Source of the DNA: Candidatus Velthaea sp.
GTDB lineage: Bacteria > Vulcanimicrobiota > Vulcanimicrobiia > Vulcanimicrobiales > Vulcanimicrobiaceae
DNA length: 64,000 nt
NCBI GenBank assembly: GCA_965214935.1
Contig: CBDCCS010000022.1
Coordinates: 739,104-803,103 of the forward strand
Reading direction: 5' to 3'
Made by a program: the position numbers and the translations under genes. Below the pieces are notes generated by a model that saw only the letters and a list, made by a program, of their open reading frames with translations, did no database searches and was not told the origin of the DNA. Within the stretch, counting starts at the first letter, position 1. Each line of letters opens with the position of its first letter. Below, piece after piece: positions 59,390 to 64,000 of the stretch.

Positions 59390-59569
59390 ATGTTTGACAA
59401 AGTGATCGCGTGGTTCCGTCCGAGCAGGGCGGAACGAGACGAAGCGTTGCGGCTTGCCCGACAAGCTCGCCGGGCGGAGCACGGACATACGCACGAGCAC
59501 ATTGACGGAGTCGTCCACAGTCACGATCACGTACACGGCGACCACGAACACGACGGCGCACAAGAATAA
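59390..59569 (+). CDS. Small His-rich protein (59 aa)
   Basis: HGHTHEHIDGVVHSHDHVHGDHEH; shares HEHIDG motif with 55849-56064. Confidence 0.65.
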   Translation: MFDKVIAWFRPSRAERDEALRLARQARRAEHGHTHEHIDGVVHSHDHVHGDHEHDGAQE

Positions 59570-59688
59570 GCGTCGGCCGTTAGGCGCGTCGCTTATTCTT
59601 GCTTGCTCGAAGGTGCCGCGTGCGCTGCTGAGATGACGACCGAAGACGTCACCTCTTCGACGAAAACGAACGAGAAAGATCTGTGCCT

Positions 59689-61977
59689 TTACAGGGCGGT
59701 CGTCAGTCGCACGACGATCCGTCGTCCGGCCGCCCATTGCGTCGTGTTGAACCCGTTGTTTACCTTAATGAGATACTGATGATTCAAGAGATTCTCGGCA
59801 ATGACATTGAGTCCGAGACGGTGCGACTTTGCATCGGAAAAGCGGCCGAATGCCGCATTTACGATAAGATGCTCGGGAAGCCGACCTGCCGATCCGTCCT
59901 CGAACGTCACGGGATAGCCGGTACCGTATTCGGGTTCGAGCGTCACATACAAGCTGTGATCGGCGGCGAAACGATGCGTATATGCGCCGTTGATCGCGAC
60001 GGCCTGATCGTGATCTTCGGGGTTGAGCGTCAAATTCGAAACGGCGTCCGGCGCGAACAGAAACGTGCTGCCCGAGATGCCGCCGGCGAGCGACTCTGAT
60101 AGCGTCGTCGAAAGATAGAAGCTATCGCGAAGCGTGTCGCTTTGAACGCGCAGCTCGAGTCCATTGGCATGTCCGATCGAATTATTGAAGACGGCGAAAA
60201 GCGGCGTGTTGAGTAACTGCGTCGTGTCGAGTACGTTGACGACATTGCGTTGCCAGGCGTTTGCATACAACGACAAGCCGGGGTGATAGGTGTGAGCGAT
60301 ACCGAATTCAACGTAGCTGTCGTGTTCGGGCTTAAGGTCGTACGGCGGATTTGCATCGGCCGTCGTTTGCGTCACAACGGCATCGCGACGTGTATCTTCA
60401 AGTGCCGGCGCGGCGTAAAGCCGGCCGAAATACGCGTGGAAAATCGTCGCGCGGTCGAACGAGTAATTCACTTCGACGCGCGGGCTGAGCTGCGCTGCAC
60501 GAACGAAGCCGGTCGAATAATCGAAGCGTAATCCATAATTGATTGCAATCCGCTGGCCGAGTGCCCAGCGGTCTTGCAGATACGCGCCGAAGAGCGTTCC
60601 CGCTTGAGCCACGTCCGAGGTCTGGCTCCCGGCGCCGTTCGCAAGTTCGATAAAGCCGCTATCGCTATACTGTTCGCGCGAAACGTCGATCCCGGCCTTG
60701 AAGGCATGGATGTCGCTCGAACGGCTGACGGACGCACGCAAACCCAAATTGTTCACGCGCTGATCCTGCTGCAAACCGTTTTGCAGCAGCACACCGCCGT
60801 TGCCGTCCGGCAGCGTCGCGAGCACATCGTTCGGAATGTCACCTTCATACGCAATGCGCGATGACCGCAACCACGGAACGACCAGCAGTGAACCCAAGCC
60901 ATCGTTGGAGACGTGCGTAAACGACGCGCTGAAGAAACGATCGTACTCGCGTTGCACGTCATCAGTCCCCGGCAACGACACAAATGCATTATTCGGATCG
61001 TTCGGATGAGTATTGATTGGAATTTGATAGCCCGCATATTGATTCGAAAGATCGAACGCAAATTGGTTGCCGTGACCCGCGGGCGCGACCACACGCAGAA
61101 ACTGGTCGCTCAAATTTGACTGGTCGTGGGTCAACTCGCTATCAGGAGTCGGCGCATCGAGCCCGCGGTTGGTCCGCACTTCATTCGCTGAGAACGAAAA
61201 GCCGGCCGAACCAATGTGAAAGCTTTCGTTCAAGCGCGCTTCGGCGGTGCCGTAGCTGCCGGCCCCCAGTGTAATTGCGCCGGCGGGCGGGCCCGTTAAC
61301 ACCGGCGGCCGCGAAATAACGTTCACGACGGCGCCCATGCGTTGTCCGCCATATTCTGCCGGAAATGCTCCGGTGAAAACTTCGACGGCTTGAACGTTGC
61401 GCGGATCGATGAGTTCGGAAAAATTCGAGCTGGTGCTCTGCGGCAATGGTGCACCATCAAGTTCGTACGTCAAGCCGTGATAGCCGTGGGCGACCGGTTC
61501 GTCATACGAAAATCGTACGACTCCCGGCACGCTTTCAACCAATGCATTTAGTGAATCACCACGCGGTAAGGTTGCAATCGTGCCCGGTAAGATTGCGTTC
61601 TCGGAAACCGGCGTGCCGCGGACGCCGCGCGTACCACCGCTCACTTGACCGATTGTTTTGACTGCTACGTCCGCGACTAAGTTGACGGTCGTGACCGCAC
61701 CGGTAGCGACGTCGGCATCGGCCACGGCTGATGCGCCGCCGACGTTGGTGTGTAATGAATATCGGCCGAATGGGACGCGCGCAAACGTAAAGTGGCCGTT
61801 GCGGTCGGTCGTGACGGCTTGCGCGAAGCGGTCACCGTACAGGTGCACCACGCTTTGAGCGACGCCGTGTCCGTCGCGCGAAACCGTTCCGGAAATAGAG
61901 CCGACGGAGTCGGCAAACGCCGGCGCCGCCCAAGCAACAACGAGCGCGCATGCCGCCGGCATGACGAATCGAGACAT
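59689..61977 (-). CDS. TonB-dependent receptor with N-terminal carboxypeptidase-regulatory-like domain
   Basis: Signal peptide, GSISGTV..TDRNGHFTF, plug GAFPAEYG..GAVVNV, GLRFD, ENLLNHQY; GAGGGAG RBS. Confidence 0.92.
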   Translation of the reverse strand: MSRFVMPAACALVVAWAAPAFADSVGSISGTVSRDGHGVAQSVVHLYGDRFAQAVTTDRNGHFTFARVPFGRYSLHTNVGGASAVADADVATGAVTTVNLVADVAVKTIGQVSGGTRGVRGTPVSENAILPGTIATLPRGDSLNALVESVPGVVRFSYDEPVAHGYHGLTYELDGAPLPQSTSSNFSELIDPRNVQAVEVFTGAFPAEYGGQRMGAVVNVISRPPVLTGPPAGAITLGAGSYGTAEARLNESFHIGSAGFSFSANEVRTNRGLDAPTPDSELTHDQSNLSDQFLRVVAPAGHGNQFAFDLSNQYAGYQIPINTHPNDPNNAFVSLPGTDDVQREYDRFFSASFTHVSNDGLGSLLVVPWLRSSRIAYEGDIPNDVLATLPDGNGGVLLQNGLQQDQRVNNLGLRASVSRSSDIHAFKAGIDVSREQYSDSGFIELANGAGSQTSDVAQAGTLFGAYLQDRWALGQRIAINYGLRFDYSTGFVRAAQLSPRVEVNYSFDRATIFHAYFGRLYAAPALEDTRRDAVVTQTTADANPPYDLKPEHDSYVEFGIAHTYHPGLSLYANAWQRNVVNVLDTTQLLNTPLFAVFNNSIGHANGLELRVQSDTLRDSFYLSTTLSESLAGGISGSTFLFAPDAVSNLTLNPEDHDQAVAINGAYTHRFAADHSLYVTLEPEYGTGYPVTFEDGSAGRLPEHLIVNAAFGRFSDAKSHRLGLNVIAENLLNHQYLIKVNNGFNTTQWAAGRRIVVRLTTAL

Positions 61978-61987
61978 ACTCCCTCAC

Positions 61988-62025
61988 AAAAAAAGTTAAA
62001 CAGCGAAAACGCGGAAACGCTGTCC
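61988..62025 (-). terminator. Intrinsic terminator-like hairpin between RAPP codons and TonB receptor RBS
   Basis: Minus strand GGACAGCG-N12-CGCTGTTT-AAC-TTTTTTT. Confidence 0.55.
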
Positions 62026-62571
62026 GTTCGGAGGGGCACGTCCGAAGCGCCGTGCGCTGCGTGCAATTTGCGAGTGAAGCGGTCGTACGTCAAACGTAAG
62101 GTAACGAATGCGGGCCGTGCGGCGGCCAAGCCGCGTGAGCCAATCGCGCAGTAACTCCGCTACAACTAGTGCGAGAAGTGCCGTCAAGCGGCGCATTGCA
62201 TACGCTACAATAACGGCGAGCGCGGCAAGCACGACGGTCGGCAAGCCGAGTTCGATGCCGTTGCCCTCGAGTGTTTCAATGCCGTAGTAGAGACCGGCTG
62301 CGACGGCAAAGAGAACGAGTACGCTCGGAACGAGCAATCGCGCGCGTGCCGCTGCGATCGTTCCCGTCACGATCGTGGTACCGCTGAATAGAAACGCTCG
62401 GACGATGTACAGCGTTATTGCAAGCGTTCCGCCGACGGTTGCCGCCACAAGCTGCTCATGTGCTTGACCGGCGAACGAATGTTCGTCACCAAAGCGGACG
62501 AAGTGCGTCGCGATAGCGACGAGGGCGCCGAACGGCACGGCTAAAGCAAACTTGCGAAACGCATCGCGCAT
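61996..62571 (-). CDS. Membrane protein with C-terminal RAPP motif, candidate arrest-peptide uORF
   Basis: About 4 TM segments, HFVRFGDEHSFAGQAHE, C-terminus RRFGRAPPNGQRFRVFAV; stop 18 nt before receptor ATG. Confidence 0.7.
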   Translation of the reverse strand: MRDAFRKFALAVPFGALVAIATHFVRFGDEHSFAGQAHEQLVAATVGGTLAITLYIVRAFLFSGTTIVTGTIAAARARLLVPSVLVLFAVAAGLYYGIETLEGNGIELGLPTVVLAALAVIVAYAMRRLTALLALVVAELLRDWLTRLGRRTARIRYLTFDVRPLHSQIARSARRFGRAPPNGQRFRVFAV

Positions 62572-62664
62572 CGGACCGATCAGGTTCGCGAACGAAGCCG
62601 GCGAGCACTGCCGAACGCGTAAACGAAACGAGAGCGTCACTGCGACTTAACTGAACGCCGATCT

Positions 62665-64000
62665 TTAGCCGTTCAAGTCGGCGCGATCGACCCAGCAGCC
62701 GTGGAAGCCGTATCGTAAACGGAATGGGACTTTGAGCGTCGCAACCGGTCCGGCGCCGAGATCGCGCGTGTCGAGGACGACGATATCGCTGCGATTAAGC
62801 TGATGCCGTCCGACGACTCCGATGAGCCAGCCGTCGGCTTCGCCGGCGTCCGGGCTGCGTGGGACGAACACCGGCTCCTGCGTCGAACTATTGTCGCCGG
62901 CGTAGAAATACTTGAGCGAGCCGTCGGCGGCGTCGTAATGGGCCAGACTGTTGAACGGCGGACCCATCGGCCCGAGTTCGAGCATCGGACCGAGATCGTG
63001 GTTGATCGCACCGAAAAAGAAATGCCGGGTGCGCGACATCAAATAGCGCGCATCGACGACGGGCATCTCGCCCGGATGTTTGACGAGTTGCGTCACATCA
63101 AAGGTGTCGGCATCGCTCGATAAATCGAACGTCCAACGCTGCGCGAAAGGCGGCTCTTCACGCGGATTGAGTTCGCTCACGTGCGGAAACTGCGAGTACC
63201 AGCCGGAGTTCGTGATGAAATGCTCGACGGTGAGTTTGTCGCCTTCATCCCATGCGTTGATCGTGTGCGTTTCGAGCACGAGTTTCGGACTTGAATACCA
63301 GCGGATTCCGCTCACGCCTTGCCGGCGCGGAATGATACCGATTTTCGTTTCATGACTAGGATCCCAATAAAAGAACGAACCGCCATTCTCGATGCGCTCC
63401 TGATTGCTCACCATCGGATAGATGACGAAGATAATGTAATTCTTGGTGACCGAAAAGTCGTGCATCATCGAGGGATACGGCGCATCGAACCGTTCGGTAC
63501 GAGTCAACTCGCCGCCGGCAGAGATCGTGTGAATCTCAACGGTGTTCGAGACGCGGCCTTCGGGAAAATAGGAGAATGCGATCGTCTCGCCGCTAAGCGG
63601 GTCGACCTTTGGATGGGCGGTAAATGTTTGGCTGGTGAGTGCGCCGCCGAAGTCATGCCAGCCCATGGTTTCAAGTGTATGCGGATCGATCTGCATCGGC
63701 CGCGATGCTTCTTTGAGGGCAAACAGCTTGCCGCCGAACCAGCGAAGCGACGTATTGGCAGTGCCGCCGTCGACGCCCGCAACGCTTGCATCGTCGGTGA
63801 ATTTGTTCCGGTAGCGGCCGAAGAGCGAACGCCGGGCAGCGCGTTCGGCTTTGAAGCGGTCGGTCTGCACGTAACGCGTCTTTACATCTGCGTGCCCGTT
63901 CGCAAAGCGCACCATCGTCATCATGCCGTCACCGTTGAGATAAATATCCTGATCGCCCGCCAGCGGCGGATACTGCGAATCAGCGGCAAGCCGGAAGAAC
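62665..64000 (-). CDS. Carotenoid oxygenase / lignostilbene dioxygenase family protein, 5' end outside window
   Basis: NGDGM, FGRYRN, TFTAHPK, SMMHDF, HTINAW, QEPVFVP, GFHGCW (four iron-binding His). Confidence 0.92.
   Translation of the reverse strand, partial: FFRLAADSQYPPLAGDQDIYLNGDGMMTMVRFANGHADVKTRYVQTDRFKAERAARRSLFGRYRNKFTDDASVAGVDGGTANTSLRWFGGKLFALKEASRPMQIDPHTLETMGWHDFGGALTSQTFTAHPKVDPLSGETIAFSYFPEGRVSNTVEIHTISAGGELTRTERFDAPYPSMMHDFSVTKNYIIFVIYPMVSNQERIENGGSFFYWDPSHETKIGIIPRRQGVSGIRWYSSPKLVLETHTINAWDEGDKLTVEHFITNSGWYSQFPHVSELNPREEPPFAQRWTFDLSSDADTFDVTQLVKHPGEMPVVDARYLMSRTRHFFFGAINHDLGPMLELGPMGPPFNSLAHYDAADGSLKYFYAGDNSSTQEPVFVPRSPDAGEADGWLIGVVGRHQLNRSDIVVLDTRDLGAGPVATLKVPFRLRYGFHGCWVDRADLNG

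Overview
GC-rich bacterial window from a diderm (TonB-dependent receptors, TolC domain); gene style suggests a lineage such as Eremiobacterota, but that is an impression only. Left to right: (1) an RND permease fused in frame to a TolC-like domain, running off the left edge, divergent from an OmpR/HisKA two-component pair; (2) a ~9.5 kb candidate RiPP cluster with no recognisable canonical RiPP enzyme (6.1-15.3 kb): helical-repeat LuxR regulator, a 21-aa hydrophobic peptide, a small HTH protein, two tandem 44/46-aa precursor-like peptides missed by the ORF track (invariant EARPDGMVFAWSHYxIAVD), three translationally coupled uncharacterised helical proteins, an ABC exporter and an ABC-2 pair; (3) dps, an SDR pseudogene and a polyol/sugar operon (ABC importer, SDR, FGGY kinase, split transketolase); (4) acetamidase and an NRAMP-like transporter; (5) lignin-derived aromatic catabolism (fcs, crotonase, couO, MarR, complete protocatechuate 4,5-cleavage ligK-U-J-I-A-B-C, hydrolase, flavin monooxygenase, EthD, and a lignostilbene/carotenoid oxygenase at the right edge); (6) a ~17 kb Cu/As/Ni block with signs of decay, including two TonB receptors, one preceded by a RAPP-motif membrane uORF overlapping a terminator-like hairpin. 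No rRNA, tRNA, CRISPR array, integrase or transposase was recognised. All calls come from reading motifs by eye; no database searches were run.
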